Shown here: one piece after another, positions 41,401 through 54,239 of the stretch
Layout of the letters: each line of letters begins with the position of its first letter
Position numbering within the stretch: the first letter of the stretch is position 1
Source of the DNA: Tubulanus polymorphus
Taxonomy: Eukaryota > Animalia > Nemertea
DNA length: 64,000 nucleotides
Direction of reading: 5' to 3'
Assembly (NCBI RefSeq): GCF_964204645.1
Contig: NC_134035.1
Span: 3,596,001 to 3,660,000, forward strand
Made by a program: the position numbers and the translations under genes
The notes under the pieces: generated by a model
What the model was told of the DNA's origin: nothing
Databases searched by the model: none
What the model saw: only the letters and a program-made list of their open reading frames with translations

Positions 41401-43005
41401 CTAAACGACTTATAAATCTTGGCGGCCGCCGCGACAAGACGACGGCCGTCGCGTAAATGAACACATCGGAAGGGAATATCGTCGAATAAGGCTGTGATTA
41501 TCCGGGGATTATTCACCAGATTTTTCCCCAATAAAAACAATACGGGAAAACGTCGCCGGTCGCTCCGCCGAACGTCGGTGTATTTTTACTATCATTATTA
41601 TTATTATTATTTTTCATTACTTTTATCTTTATTATGCGGCGGCGATGAATAAAATATCGAAAGTCGCGTTTTTTCCGCGGCTTAAGACGCGCGAGAAAAA
41701 CAGGAAAACTCGAGATCGGAGAATATCGAACTGTTCTCCGCTCGCGAGATGCGAAACAAATCGACGTCGTTCGTATTCATAAGTCTGTATTCATATTCAA
41801 ATTGTTAATCAAAAGTAAATACGCACGCGTCGTGTTTACCGATATATAGGAAAATGGAATCGTTAGAATATCTCAAACCCACGTAATCCGCGGAATGGTG
41901 CTGCCCCGCTCCCTGTCGCGGGACGGTGTCCTTATGGTATCTCGCGACTTGCGCATCATTCGCTTCCGTTTTATGAAGATATCCCATCGAAATATGAAGT
42001 AGCGGGAATAGATACAAAATAATGTCAATCCCTCGCGTCCTTTGGAAATACTGTAAAAAAATATTTCATAACTCAATATGTTTAGATTAAATTATGTATT
42101 TCTAATTGATTCAATTTAATGTACCAAAATGTCATGGAACTGCTATACTTTCAATGTTGAATGTTTTGTCATGCAACTTGTAGGTATGAATGTGGTATGA
42201 ATGGGGCATGAATGTGAGTGTTGGCGACTGGGCCTTCAGGTAATACGTTTATGTTAACTTCACCAGTCCTAAAGCGTATTATATTACATTATTTTTTGTA
42301 TCTATTCCTGCTGTACTTCATATTGTAGTTTCAAAATCGCGAACAAAACATTATTATAAACAAGCGTGCCCTTCAACCAGTCCCGAAAGTGGCTGGTCCA
42401 CGGGTTATACCACGTAGCAGGGCAAATCTAGGTCGCGGATTTTTGGGGCTTGTGACCCCAGGCGTCCCATCGAAGTTTTACATCCTCTCTCGGAGGTTGC
42501 ATCTTTATGGTTATAGTTTCTTCAAAAATATCTCTACCCGATGATTGAACCCCGCTTGTGCCCTCCGGCATTCCTTACTGTGCGTGGAAACGCCTGCGCA
42601 GATGGACGGCTGGTCGTATATATATATATACGTTGGTCATTCTGGAACTGAATAATCTGATATCGTCTTATCGTCGACTATATCCGGGTATTATGTAGGT
42701 GGTTACCGCGATCTTCCGTTCTGCGATCCCACACTATCCACCCATCTATCCGGTTTCCGCGCAAATCTAATCCCTTGTTCCGTCTCTCGAGCTGTCCTCC
42801 ATTGTCGACCTTGGGCCTGGAGTTCCCACGCCGTGGCCTCGCGCTCGGTTCTACCGTCTGGCCAGGTACACTCTTGTCATACATCCTTTAACAAATTGAC
42901 ATTTCATCCGTATATGCATAAACATCTATAATTGTAGGCGGTTTATGAGGATGATTTACCGGTGGCCAGGAGCGAATCTTTCCATATCGATATATATATG
43001 TGTAT

Positions 43006-43212
<207 letters not shown>

Positions 43213-43429
43213 ATATGATTTATACGATAATCACATATGGATTATCTCGTCGCGCTTAATCCGCGTCTAATGTTCGGGCGCGACGAAATGAATTATACAT
43301 AATGATATAGATTTATCGATGTGTATGATATCGGTAGTCTTGATAAACGTCGTTGTTAAGATCACTTTCATAATTTTCAATATTGACGACTTGCATTACG
43401 CGCTTTGCATATAAAGAATACCACGTTAA

Positions 43430-43612
43430 TAAGACGAGAAAGGTAGAGTGTGAAAAGTTTCCTTAAAGCTATAAATGATTTATTGATTCGTCGTTTCGGC
43501 TACATAGCATAATAGCGTTCCCGAAGATGACTATTAGTCTATAGACGAAACGTCGAATCAATAAGTTATTAGCTTTAAGGAAACTTTTCGGACTTCATCT
43601 TTTTCGTTTTAT
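43430..43612. mobile_element. inverted pair of degenerate hammerhead/PLE-type repeats
   Basis: Arms GAAAAGTTTCCTTAAAGCTA / TAGCTTTAAGGAAACTTTTC around CCGAAGATGACTATTAGTCTATAGACGAAACGTC. Confidence 0.55.
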
Positions 43613-46074
43613 CAGGGTGCGATTCCTCCATATCGTTACAACACGGAATAGTGTTTCGCCATTGGTTGCTATATGAAACGCAGCTTCGTAACAGAGAATC
43701 ATCATCAGCAAATATCTACATTTCATTTGGATGATATATAAATCAAGTTTATCAAGGAAGCGACTGTAGAGTTTATTGATATTCGATCGAAACTTATATA
43801 TTTCTTCAAACTAGAGTGAAAATCATCGCTGCAATGTGATCCTCAAGAGGTCGCCACGGTACGGCGCCTAGAAACTGAATAGTTCTTTATTATAATGTTA
43901 GCGCGAATGATGAATCGATGATGTTTTGAAGAGGCGGCTGACAAGAAAAAACATGATATTTCAGCGACGTTATTCGCCTTCTGTCGAAGTCGAATGTTCT
44001 GTCTGTCTCCTTCTTGATTCTCACGATGGTTCATCATCTCCCCTTGGAAGGAAACCATAACTCGAGTGCCGTACCCCGTACCGGACAAGCGGAGGACCAG
44101 TTCGAATCCTGCTGGCCGCTGATAGTATTCGAATACAATTCTAGACCCAGTTCCACATGAGTTGAAGACAGCCGTGACTTCGATTGAGCTCGTTTTCATT
44201 GACTCATTACAATGCGAGTGTTGTAGTCAACTCTGAGTTCAAATGAGCTCATTTTCAATGAGATAAATGAGTTAGCTTAAATTTAGTTAACTTAAATGTG
44301 TTAACTTGAATGAGTCAAGGCTTGGTAAGCTAATTTCAACTGTCTTCCGAGAACCGTTAAGCTGTTTTGCTATTTCTCGAAATGAATCCACGTTTCAAGA
44401 CGGTGTTTCAATATTTCGTCGAGTTTAGACATTTTCGTCGCTTCTCTGAACGCAGCAATGCGGAAAATATCACGCGGAAGAAACGAATGTACGACCACCC
44501 CTGTATCTTGAAATTCTCGTGTAATGAACGTGGGTAAACTGTTTCAGGGGGGTTTGGGTCAAACATGTGAAAAACTTAATGTGTTTGACCGTCAATATCT
44601 GTACGGGCCATCGCAGTTCTACAGATAGCCGATCGAACAACTTAAGACAGGTCTAAGGCCATCGTAGTTCTATAGCCAATCAAGAACTTATGACCAGTCT
44701 TTATGACCACTTTTGGACTAAAATCACGTCCCATAGCCATAGCTCAAGTCTAAGATATAACTTATTTAGACTTAGGTATGAAAGTGGTCTCAAATCTTAG
44801 GACCGGTCTTAAGCTGTTAGATCGACTAAAGAACTAAGTTGTTCGTAGGCCGGTCTTATACGTCTAGGGAACCAGCCCAGAGGATTTTCAAACTTCGAGG
44901 AGTCACGTCATGTATATCTCTTATATGGTGTTTTACCGTCAATGCGGCGAAGTCACATCGAAAAGCTGCTGCACGACCTATACATATACACGTGAAGGCG
45001 GCATATAGTACACCAGTTAGTCGAAACGGAGTTTGTTCGATCTGTTTTGGTGCGATACCATGACGATAATCAGTTTGTCCATCGAGCGAGTACGCGCGCG
45101 CTCTCCCCTCACCACCAATCCATCATCTTTCCCGTCGACTGCGCGCGATGGCAATTAGCGAAATTGCCGGAGTCGACTGATAAAAAAACGGATGATGGAA
45201 AAAAATTTTCGAAAAAATCAACGATTATATGATATCTGTATAACGTTTCATTTTGTCTGCGCGTCCCGACAACGTTGCGATGCGGGAATGCAGATAGCGC
45301 CACCGTCGAAGTGCGCGAGCAAGAAACTAATTAAACGATTGTTGCATTAATGTCTACCGAATATTGCTCTCATTAGTAATTTTCTGTAGTTTTTTAGTTG
45401 AATGTATGTCTCTATGTTTGTTTATAGCCATTAGTAACTCTCTGATATTTCTGTTTGTTGAATTAAACAAGTATCAAAATGTTATTGAATTTGTAAATTT
45501 TTCTGTAGTGTTATTAAATCTGTAAATTGTGTGTTGTCCCTCTAATACCTGTAATGGGTTTGAGCGTAAATAAGATAAGTAATTGAATAAATAGATGAAT
45601 AGAAAAGACGCTTAGATCCGAATCCTCAATACTGAATATAGATTTAACTTCTTCAGAGTTCGCTCACTGAAAATGAAATAACTTCAACTCTAATTCTCTA
45701 ACTCACAACCTTGTGGAACTGGATCCGGAATGCTCCGGTGATAAACGACACCCGTAATACACAATAGGCCACCCGGTTATTACCGGCCCGACTTTATTGT
45801 CCTCTATAGCCGCCTGTAATGATCTATCGGTTCCAATTGAAAGCACGTATCTTATTGTAAATTTATGACAGTAATATAGATCCAGAAGTCAATACTTCAA
45901 CGAGACGGTTTTCACTGACGACATGAATTATGAAATGTCTTCTTTCTCGCGTGTTATTACATCCGGCAGATTATAAAACGATCTCTATAATACGGTCGCT
46001 TGGTTACATTGTACCGTGCTCGCGACTGGAAACTGGATGTAATAGCAAGACTTCGAAGTAAGCTTTCGATTGGT

Positions 46075-46430
46075 CCGGTGCCGATTCCCAAATCCTCTAC
46101 TGGCGCGTTCATTTCGACCAGAATACGCTCTACCCATTCCGGAATAGCGCATAATCTGTAAACCTGATAGAAGCGGCCGGTAGAGAGTTCGGTAGGTTTA
46201 GATTGGTCTCTATCGATTCTGGAGTTCCTTTCTGGTGCGTTAGTTTCGACTAGAATACGTTCAAGCCCATTCCGGAATAGTAAACCTGAAACGTGTAGAG
46301 AGTTTGGCATAATACCTTACGATTCCGGGATTCTCTTCTGGTGCGTTCGTTTCTACCAAAACACGCTCTACCGATTCCGGAATAGCGCACGATCTGTAAA
46401 CCTGATAGAAGCCGCCGGTTGAGAGTTTGT
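46075..46430. repeat. ~105-135-bp tandem repeat, 3 copies, upstream of the LRR gene start
   Basis: Repeated CTGG(T/C)GCGTT..TTTC(G/T)AC.A.AA.ACG...ATTCCGGAATAG..TAAACCTGA. Confidence 0.75.
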
Positions 46431-46654
46431 AATCCGCAATTGATAAATCGGAATACGTTCAATCGAAACTTGACTAAGTTTGTTCAGTTCATCGCAGCTC
46501 GTCTCTGTAAAGGCAGGTGTTCAATTCCTTCACGTCGCGGGAACATCGTTTGGCTTCGAATTACGTCCCCTTACACTGTACGTAATTACGCGTATTGTAC
46601 TTACACCACCAGAGATTATTCAAAACCACCCGGAGATGTTTGTACGCGATAGAA

Positions 46655-46792
46655 ATGGACGTGTTCGACATCGCGCTCGTTAGATCGCCGACAACAAACC
46701 TGAGTAAATCGTCTTCGGCAATTTTACCCTCGATACGGGGTTTCGGCGATACAGAATTCGACGATGTACGAACAGCGGGCGTCGACGATAAG
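46655..46792 (+). CDS. LRRC74-like coding exon 1
   Basis: GAAATGG start context, MDVFDIALVRSP...GVDDK, donor AAG|GTCAGT, phase 0. Low-complexity N-terminus, so less certain. Confidence 0.6.
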
Positions 46793-49700
46793 GTCAGTGT
46801 TAATGAGAAATAGCCGGTTAATTTTGTGCCTATTGAAAAAAGAAGAAAATATTTTACATGTCTTCTGTGGTTAACCTCGCTGCTAACTCACGCCAACTGC
46901 AGGGGCCGGCAAAACTGGCCCGGGGTTAGCGAAGTCCTAGTAAATGATCGGTATTGTAAGATAGTAATTCATGAAGTAATACACGTTAAAATGCGCTAGA
47001 TTTCAGCTTATGTTACCACGATCAGTGAACTATAGCTTTTTTCAAAATCCCAAATATGTAAGATTCTTTAAGAAGTTGAGTCTCTGAGAAACACAATATC
47101 CGCGTATGATGAATAAACGCGAGAAATCCCACAATAAATTCTCTCACTCCAGTTCCATAGTTTGTTCTTGTATAAATATCTTGTAATATTCTCTTGTTCT
47201 CAGTACGCCTGATGATGGCTAATAGTCTTTAGCCGAAACGTTGCGCAATATATACTCTTCTATTCAAAGTTTCTCTTTTTGGCTGAATTTATTTTCTCGT
47301 TTATTTTTAAGAGCAATGATATTTGTAAGCCGGTCACGAGTCGAGAAGACGCCGGTTCGTTCATACCGTTTCGGCCGCCGGCTTACACGCTGGCGTTCCT
47401 GAATCTGAGACGCGCTCCGCTAGCGAGAATCGACCGCCCGAGGAGCGACGCCTATCATCGCAGGACCGCGGGTAAGAGCGAGCTGTCCGACGACGCGGCG
47501 CTGAAGCGTCTCCCGTCGATGACGACGCCGTCCGATGAAGACGCGCTTGAGAAAACCTGGAATTGGAGTTTCGACAGATACGATTTGAGCGGTGAGTTTC
47601 TCCGACGTTGACGGTGGTGGCGGTTTCAGGTGTTTTTCAAGAAATATTGAATTTTCCCTTTTATCTATTTGATTGAAGTTATGTTCATTTTTGGCTTGTC
47701 CATTACCAACCCACACCAGTCACACCTGCCGGGAACGAAACGGGAGGTTTGACTTCGAAATCGGAAAGCGAAGTACAAATATAGTTGGATGGTTGGTCGA
47801 ATTTTTCTTTTTTCCAATTGAAGTACAGACATTGAATGGAAATTTTCGTTTCAGTTCACGTAAACGATCTTCCAACCAGCCTTAACCGCCGAGCGGCGGA
47901 TTTGAGTTTATTTTCGTCGGCTGTCTAATCTAATACATCCAGATTTGAAAATAGCTATAAGGGGATAATCCTGTCTATTGTGACCTCAAGCTTGTCAATA
48001 ACGATTACAGTTAAAAGTTATGATATCCTCCCATAACCCGTGCATATATTGAGCCCGCGGGTTCACCCATATCCTGTATGACATCATCGAAACATTATGT
48101 AAATTATGCAAATCTAATTTCATAGATGACGAATCGGATGACGAAGAGGTGGGCAATTCGGCGACGGTTTGCATCGATCAATCGTTTTCGCAGAAGACCT
48201 ATCGCGCGGCGTGTCGCCGTCTGAATCTGCTGCCCTCGAAATTGATTCTCGAAGGATTGGCCGGAAACCAGTTGAAGGTCACGAATCAGGTTATCCAAGT
48301 CGATGACGTCAAAGCGTTGTCGATAGCTCTCGTGGTAAGGGTGCATATCGTAGACGGTTTAATTTTGGTAAATCATCCCCAGCGGCCATTATTCGGTTCC
48401 CCACATGGCGAGTCAATCTTATATCTTCATTTTGTCTACTCAGGTGCTTCTCCATAGAGGGGTTTTCGAAGACGATTTGCTCCATTATTTTTTTTGAGAT
48501 ATAAGTTTACTTCAGTTTACTTCAGTTTATTTGTCACATAAAAATGCACCTTCCAGACTCTTGTTTTGACCGCGAGGACACTGCCATAACTTGCACTCTT
48601 TCATTACACTTTATTTGAACAAATTGTCACTTTCGAAACTCGAATTATCATCATCAAAAATTATTCAAATTATCATATTCAAATTCATTGACTTGCTGGA
48701 CATTTTTAAGAGTCCAATGAGTTGAAACTAGCAATATGAAAATGATGCATACATATTATACAGAATAAATGTAACGTGACGGATAGTACCTAATAGGTTA
48801 AGTAGATTATGAAGCTACTATACACTAGTAGCGAAAGCTGTCCCCTAACTGGTTAACCTATAAAGTACTAGTCTTGTTGTATTTATGTTGCACCGTTAAG
48901 ACGGCTCTTCTACTAATATCATACAGAGCGACCACATGTATTTCATATTTTCGTGCCTACAAACTGCTAACTTCTATTTGAATCCTTGCTTCGCTCCAAA
49001 CTGTGGAGTCAGATTTGGTAACTATATTCGACGACTTGTTTCAGAAAAACTCCGCGGTTCGTACGCTGATCCTGAAATGCAATGATATCGACCACCAGGG
49101 GGCAGCACATATCGCGTCGATGTTGAAGCACAACGTTCGCATCGCGAATCTGGTAAATACGTAAGAAACGACCGTCGGACAAATGACTGTTGAAACCTAT
49201 GAAATCAAACCTTTCGGCGTGGCTTTAAGTAATTGATGTCGGTGCGTTTCTATTATAGACATTGGCCGACAACAACCTCGGCGAAGACGGAGCGAAGATC
49301 TTAGCGGAGGCACTGCGCTCTAATTTCACAGTCGAGCGCTTGGATCTATCAGGTAATTCCCCCCTAATGATCGAAATTACCACCGGCTTTTTCGATTTAT
49401 AGATTACAGATTTCGTTTTTCATCAACGTTTCAAAATTAATTTTCCGCCAGGCAATGGTTTCAACGACAGCGCCACCGTTCACCTGGCCGATCTGATCAG
49501 GGTTTGTATCTTGAAAAAAAGAAGAAATCGAAATATCGTTAGTTATTTCCGTGATTCTGGGTTTCCGTATGTCGTGCGCGTAAGGCTCTATCGAAGTCGA
49601 TCCTATATGCCCAACACCCGCGTCATATTGTTTTCTTTTTTTTCGTATTTCAGCGAAATACAGCCATCACCGATTTGGTGTTGAGCCATAATGAATTTCG

Positions 49701-52700
49701 AGAAAATGGCGGCAAGCAGCTTGCGTCATCAATCGGTAACATTAATACACTGAAATCAATTCATTATTTTGTGAATTCAATTGATTAATTGATTAATTAA
49801 TTAATTGTGAAATATTTATCCGATCGAAATTCGCTTCAGAGAGTCGATAATGATCATGTTTTACTGGTCGTTTTTTTTCTTCTTCGTTTTATAGCTGAAA
49901 ACCGGTCGCTGACGTCGTTAGACCTCAGTTGGAATCACTTGCGCCGCCAGGGGGCGGTTGCTATCGCTCGGGCTCTGAAGGTAACTATATAACCTTTTGA
50001 CGTTTCGGTTGATCACCACATCATATAAATCCACGATGCAAATATATAGAACGTTTTATTTGTGTTTTCAACCACCAAATCATAAAAAATCATACTTTTT
50101 CATACTACATCCACCTTTTAGTTTGTTTTTTGTTTCTTTATCGTTTAGAACTTTTGATAGAGAGTTAGAAATACAAGATGACGTTCGTATCGGTGCAAAA
50201 ACCGCGGGTGGATTAAGGGGGTGGTCTCGGGGGTCCGGAGGTTGCCCGTTTTGTCAAGATAGCGATTATAGTTAAAACCTGCAAATTTGACGCTTATCAT
50301 TTCGAAATTTAGATCATTTAAGAATCTTTTCTTAAGAAACATATATTCACAACGATGGTGGGACCCTGCTAGTGACTTTCCGCTGCTATCCTCGAGTAAT
50401 GCCACTTATTTCCTAGATCCACCCCTGAAAACGACAGCCAAAACCTAACGAATGTTTTTATTGTCGATTGCAAAGTAAAATATACGTGTGATTTGGTTTC
50501 TCGTTGCAGGTAAACGCCGATTTGGAACGCGTCAATTTGTCGTGGAACGGATTCGCCATTGAAGGCTGCAAAGCGTTGATTGCATCGTTACGCCGGAATA
50601 AAAGCGTGCGCATGCTCGATCTATCGTGTAACCGTATCGATAAACTAAGCGTGATGGAACTGCTCAAAGGGTTAAAGGACAACTCAACTTTAACCAATCT
50701 ATCGGTAAACCGTTGACATTTCTAATCTCGATTGAAATATGGAAACTATATTGGGGCGTAACGAATAAGGTTTAAGCTAACTGCAGTAGAGATAAATTAT
50801 GAGGTGTGATCCTAATAACTAAGCCGCAGTCATGAATGTTTGAATGAACAATGCGTATATATGTAAATTTTAGTTAGCTGAAAATCCAATATCGGTGAAT
50901 GGAGCTAATGCGCTCATCAGAGTCATATTTGCATGCAAATTCATCGCAATAGATTATTTGGATTTAACGGTATGTATATTTCACAATGACAAACAGTTGA
51001 ATAAAATAATGATAGCATTATATACATTGTATAACAACAACGGAGTAGCAACGAATTTGTCGGCTATTTTTAGCGTGGGTGGGAATGGCGCCAATGCGCG
51101 TCGACATCTACTACAACCTCGGTCAATTCTGGGATGGATCGATAAAACCTCTTTGCCAGATATCGAAATCTATCTCGTGATGATAGGTCAACATGACGCA
51201 CGCGGATGTCGTTTCACTTCTGCTGTAAACTCAGTAGGATCAAACTCAGTAGGATCATAAGGATATCGGAATCGGACGTCCGACTCCAAAGTCAACCCGT
51301 CCTTTGGTCGTTCACAAACTTTTCCATTTACCCCCCATAAGGCAAACCATGGTTTGCCGTGCGCTTTTGCCCACTCGGTTTGCCGTACAAACTAGTGTAT
51401 ACGTCCATATGGGCAAACCGACTGTTCGCCTATAACAGCGAGAGAGCTACCAACGTAGTTATCATTCCGTCGAATTTTGGAAGGTCGGACTAGCCGCCAA
51501 TTTAGTCGATTTTCCGGTCCTAAAAGGTGTTATCTTCGAGCCAGAAAATTTCATTTTTGCCCCATTCCGAAGCGTTCAGATTCTTTTAACCCAACACATA
51601 GGTGCAGAGACAGGAAACCGAAAAAATGTTTCCGAGCGTTTCCCTGCGTCGTGTGCGGAAAACATGGTTTCGGGGATCAACCATGTTCATTTCCATGTTT
51701 CTATGTTTCCATGTTTCTTTGTGTCGTGTGGGGGCTTTATGCGTTGACATATTTCATCGAAATTTGCCATAATGAGCGTAGGCCCTATTTAGTGTTTATA
51801 TAGCGTGCGTGGTCGTCTTTAAACTTTCAGGGACAATGCGTCGATCACGAATTCATGAAAATCGTCGAATCTCTGAAATTGCGACGTCCGTCGTTCGTCG
51901 TCAGACACGATTTCGTCCTGCACGAGCCGCTGATCCCCGGGGACCCCGGTGACGACTTCGTCGGCGACGACCCGATGATCGTGCTGATGGAGTTCATGCG
52001 ATTGCAGAATCTTCGTCTGGTCGACCTGTTCAAGAAGTTCGATACCGACGGCAGCGACACGCTTACGCATAGGGAATTCCGCGACGGTCTGAGGGTAAGT
52101 TTTACATTTTATACACTTAAACATTTCATCATTTGGTGCACAGCTATAACAAGTAGAGAAACCATGGGTGCGGATGACATTCTAAAGTTCCTGCAGTTGT
52201 TCTCAGTTAGGATTTTACTTCAGAGTTAAATCGTCGAAATTGACGTAATCATAATTCAATCTTCAACTCACATCTGGCTGTATAAATGCTACATCTCCCC
52301 ATGGAGAGATGGTTGATAGATGGTTTGAGTTAACCGGCTGGACGTAATAATAATTACGGAAGCGATAAAGGGCCTCGAGTTGTCGCGTTCCAACTCAACA
52401 AGTCGCCATATTTATGTCGACATATCGCGATATATCGCGTCAAGTCGACATGAATATGTCGACATATCGTGACGTTTTCACGACAAATTTCGCTTTTTTG
52501 CCCATTTTCCACGGGACAAGCCGTCATTTGAAGACATGTCTAAATGTAAGATGAGGACACCAGTAATATGACGACTGAGTTTCAAGTCGTCATGAATATG
52601 TCGACTTGTCGCGAGGAAAGTGGTCGAGAGAACGAAATATGTCGTCAAAACGTCACGATATATCGACATATTCATGTCGACTTGACGCGATATATCGCGA

Positions 52701-53847
52701 TATATCGACATAAATATGGCGACTTGTCGAGTTGGAACGCGACATCTCGAGGCCCTTTATCGCTTCCGTAATGGAGAGATGGTTGATAGATGGTTTGAGT
52801 TAACCGGCTGGACGTAATAATAATGGAAAGTTTAAGCGCTGTAAGCGGCTTCGCTGAATAATGATGATCATTATCATGGTTATTCATTATTACACATCTG
52901 TGCGGCTTGATCCCGATGATTTATCCATCATTAATATTCAATACATTCATTCAATCTAGTTATTTAGTTTGAAATGTTATTGTTATCAGAGCAACATTCA
53001 CGACCCGTATAGCCCTGCGCCTTAACGTTATTACCGCCCTTATTTAAAAATACCCGACTATACGACAAGTCGACATATTCATGACAACTTGAGAAACTCA
53101 GTCGTCATATTACTGGTGTCCTCATCTTACATTTAGACACGTCTTCAAATGACGGCTTGTCCCGTGGAAAATGGGCGAAATAGCAAAATTTGTTGTGAAA
53201 ACGTGACGATATGTCAACATGTTCATGTCGACTTGATGCGATATATCGCGATATGTTGACATAAATATGGCGACTTGTCGAGTTGGAACGCGATTACTCG
53301 AGGCCCTTTATCGTTTCCGTATATCCGCCTCTGTAGTTGACTGTCGTCTCGGTTTTCACATTCCGCATTTCTTTTCTTTCAAAAGAGCGTCAACATCCCG
53401 TTAAATCGTCATTCCCTGGATGAACTAATCAAGAAGCTAGATGCAGACGGAGACGGTGAGGTTGATTACGTGTGAGTTTTCAATTCTTAACTGTTCGCCA
53501 ATTGCAAACTCTTAGCAATACGATCACCTGTTTTTAGTGCGGTTGCGATCATCTTTAACTTTTTATTTTTGTTCTGATTCGATCGCAGCGAACTGGTGAA
53601 AGGACAAAAGGAGCACCGGAAAAGAATGGCTAAACTACAGCGCAAATCTAAGAACAAACCGCCGGCCGAAACGGAGGTGGGCAGGGTAACCGCTAAACTG
53701 AAATACCTCATGTCCGTTAGAGAACGGAAGAACGACGAGATCGCGCGTAACATCGCGAGAGAGGACTTCTCGGCGAGACTTGCGGTCAGCGCGGCGACGA
53801 GCAGGCGTTCGGCATCGGGCAAGGAGTCGCCTTCGGTTCGAGAATAA
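46655..53847 (+). CDS. LRRC74A: LRRC74-like leucine-rich repeat protein with C-terminal EF-hand pair (13 coding exons, 648 aa)
   Basis: join(46655-46792,47312-47591,48126-48334,49045-49152,49259-49352,49452-49501,49654-49735,49895-49980,50510-50704,50874-50969,51831-52094,53386-53471,53589-53847). All introns are GT-AG and phase-consistent; total 1947 nt. Contains the LRRC74-type YRAAC..LNLLP motif, RI-like LRRs (LTSLDLSWNHLRRQGAVAIARAL, LERVNLSWNGF) and EF loops DTDGSDTLTHRE and DADGDGEVDYVE. The symbol is family-level; A versus B paralogy cannot be resolved by eye. Confidence 0.88.
47206..47245 (+). ncRNA. minimal type I hammerhead ribozyme motif (Penelope-like-element type), in intron 1 of the LRR gene
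   Basis: CGC-CTGATGA-T-GGCTAA(tagtct)TTAGCC-GAAA-CGTT-GCG: intact core, 6-bp stem II, palindromic stem III, 3-bp stem I. Confidence 0.65.
47312..47591 (+). CDS. LRRC74-like coding exon 2
   Basis: Pyrimidine tract plus AAG acceptor, open frame ...WNWSFDRYDLS, donor G|GTGAGT, phase 1. Confidence 0.75.
48126..48334 (+). CDS. LRRC74-like coding exon 3
   Basis: TTTCATAG acceptor; DDESDDEE...TYRAACRRLNLLPS...ALSIALV; donor GTG|GTAAGG. Confidence 0.88.
49045..49152 (+). CDS. LRRC74-like coding exon 4 (LRR)
   Basis: TTTCAG|; KNSAVRTLILKCNDIDHQGAAHIASMLKHNVRIANL; |GTAAAT. Confidence 0.9.
49259..49352 (+). CDS. LRRC74-like coding exon 5 (LRR)
   Basis: TATAG|; TLADNNLGEDGAKILAEALRSNFTVERLDLS; G|GTAATT. 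Confidence 0.9.
49452..49501 (+). CDS. LRRC74-like coding exon 6 (LRR)
   Basis: TTTTCCGCCAG|; GNGFNDSATVHLADLIR; |GTTTGT. Confidence 0.88.
49654..49735 (+). CDS. LRRC74-like coding exon 7 (LRR)
   Basis: Long T tract plus CAG|; RNTAITDLVLSHNEFRENGGKQLASSI; G|GTAACA. Confidence 0.9.
49895..49980 (+). CDS. LRRC74-like coding exon 8 (LRR)
   Basis: TTTTATAG|; AENRSLTSLDLSWNHLRRQGAVAIARALK; |GTAACT. Confidence 0.92.
50510..50704 (+). CDS. LRRC74-like coding exon 9 (LRRs)
   Basis: TTGCAG|; VNADLERVNLSWNGF...LDLSCNRI...NSTLTNLS; |GTAAAC. Confidence 0.92.
50874..50969 (+). CDS. LRRC74-like coding exon 10 (LRR)
   Basis: TTTTAG|; LAENPISVNGANALIRVIFACKFIAIDYLDLT; |GTATGT. Confidence 0.88.
51831..52094 (+). 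CDS. LRRC74-like coding exon 11 (EF-hand 1)
   Basis: CTTTCAG|; ...DPMIVLMEFMRLQNLRLVDLFKKFDTDGSDTLTHREFRDGLR; |GTAAGT. Confidence 0.92.
52355..52770. mobile_element. MITE, 416 bp, long TIRs TACGGAAGCGATAAAGGGCCTCGAG...CTCGAGGCCCTTTATCGCTTCCGTA
   Basis: TIRs over 100 bp; in intron 11 of the LRR gene; flanked by an exact 54-bp direct repeat. Partial second copy at 53064-53321 and an old copy at ~32090-32960. Confidence 0.85.
53064..53321 (+). mobile_element. partial copy of the 52355-52770 MITE
   Basis: Contains the internal segment in inverted orientation and one TIR ending ...CCCTTTATCGTTTCCGTA. Confidence 0.75.
53386..53471 (+). CDS. LRRC74-like coding exon 12 (EF-hand 2)
   Basis: Pyrimidine tract plus AAG|; SVNIPLNRHSLDELIKKLDADGDGEVDY; GT|GTGAGT, phase 2. 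Confidence 0.9.
53589..53847 (+). CDS. LRRC74-like last coding exon
   Basis: CGCAG|; completes the EF loop (VE), followed by a basic tail; TAA at 53845-53847; AATAAA at 54199-54204. Confidence 0.85.
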
Positions 53848-54198
53848 GACGTTGGCGTGGTTTGATGCGAGTTATTTCCCGTGTAAAGAAAAATGCTAAC
53901 ATTCGTATGATTGATTTCGCCTTATACATGCGATTATCAATTTTCGTCATCAAAGACTTTGCTTTGACTATGAAATTATGCCTTATATTTTCTGTTATTC
54001 CGGTTGTTGTTTTTTCCTGTTTGTTTGAATGTCGGCTCTGTATATATTCATTTATGGTGCATTTATTTTCATATAGAAAATATATCTATTCGTAACTGTT
54101 AAGACAATATTTGTGTTGTTCGATGAAGGTCGCGTCCGGGGCTTTTGAATCGAGAAGGTTTCCTTGCTTATATTTCATTCTTGAATCTTGCAAAAAAG

Positions 54199-54239
54199 AA
54201 TAAAACTAATCATAACGTATAGGATAATGATAATTTATT
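54199..54239. terminator. convergent polyadenylation signals (AATAAA + at 54199-54204; AATAAA - at 54239-54234)
   Basis: Each hexamer lies downstream of the last exon of one of two convergent genes. Confidence 0.55.
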
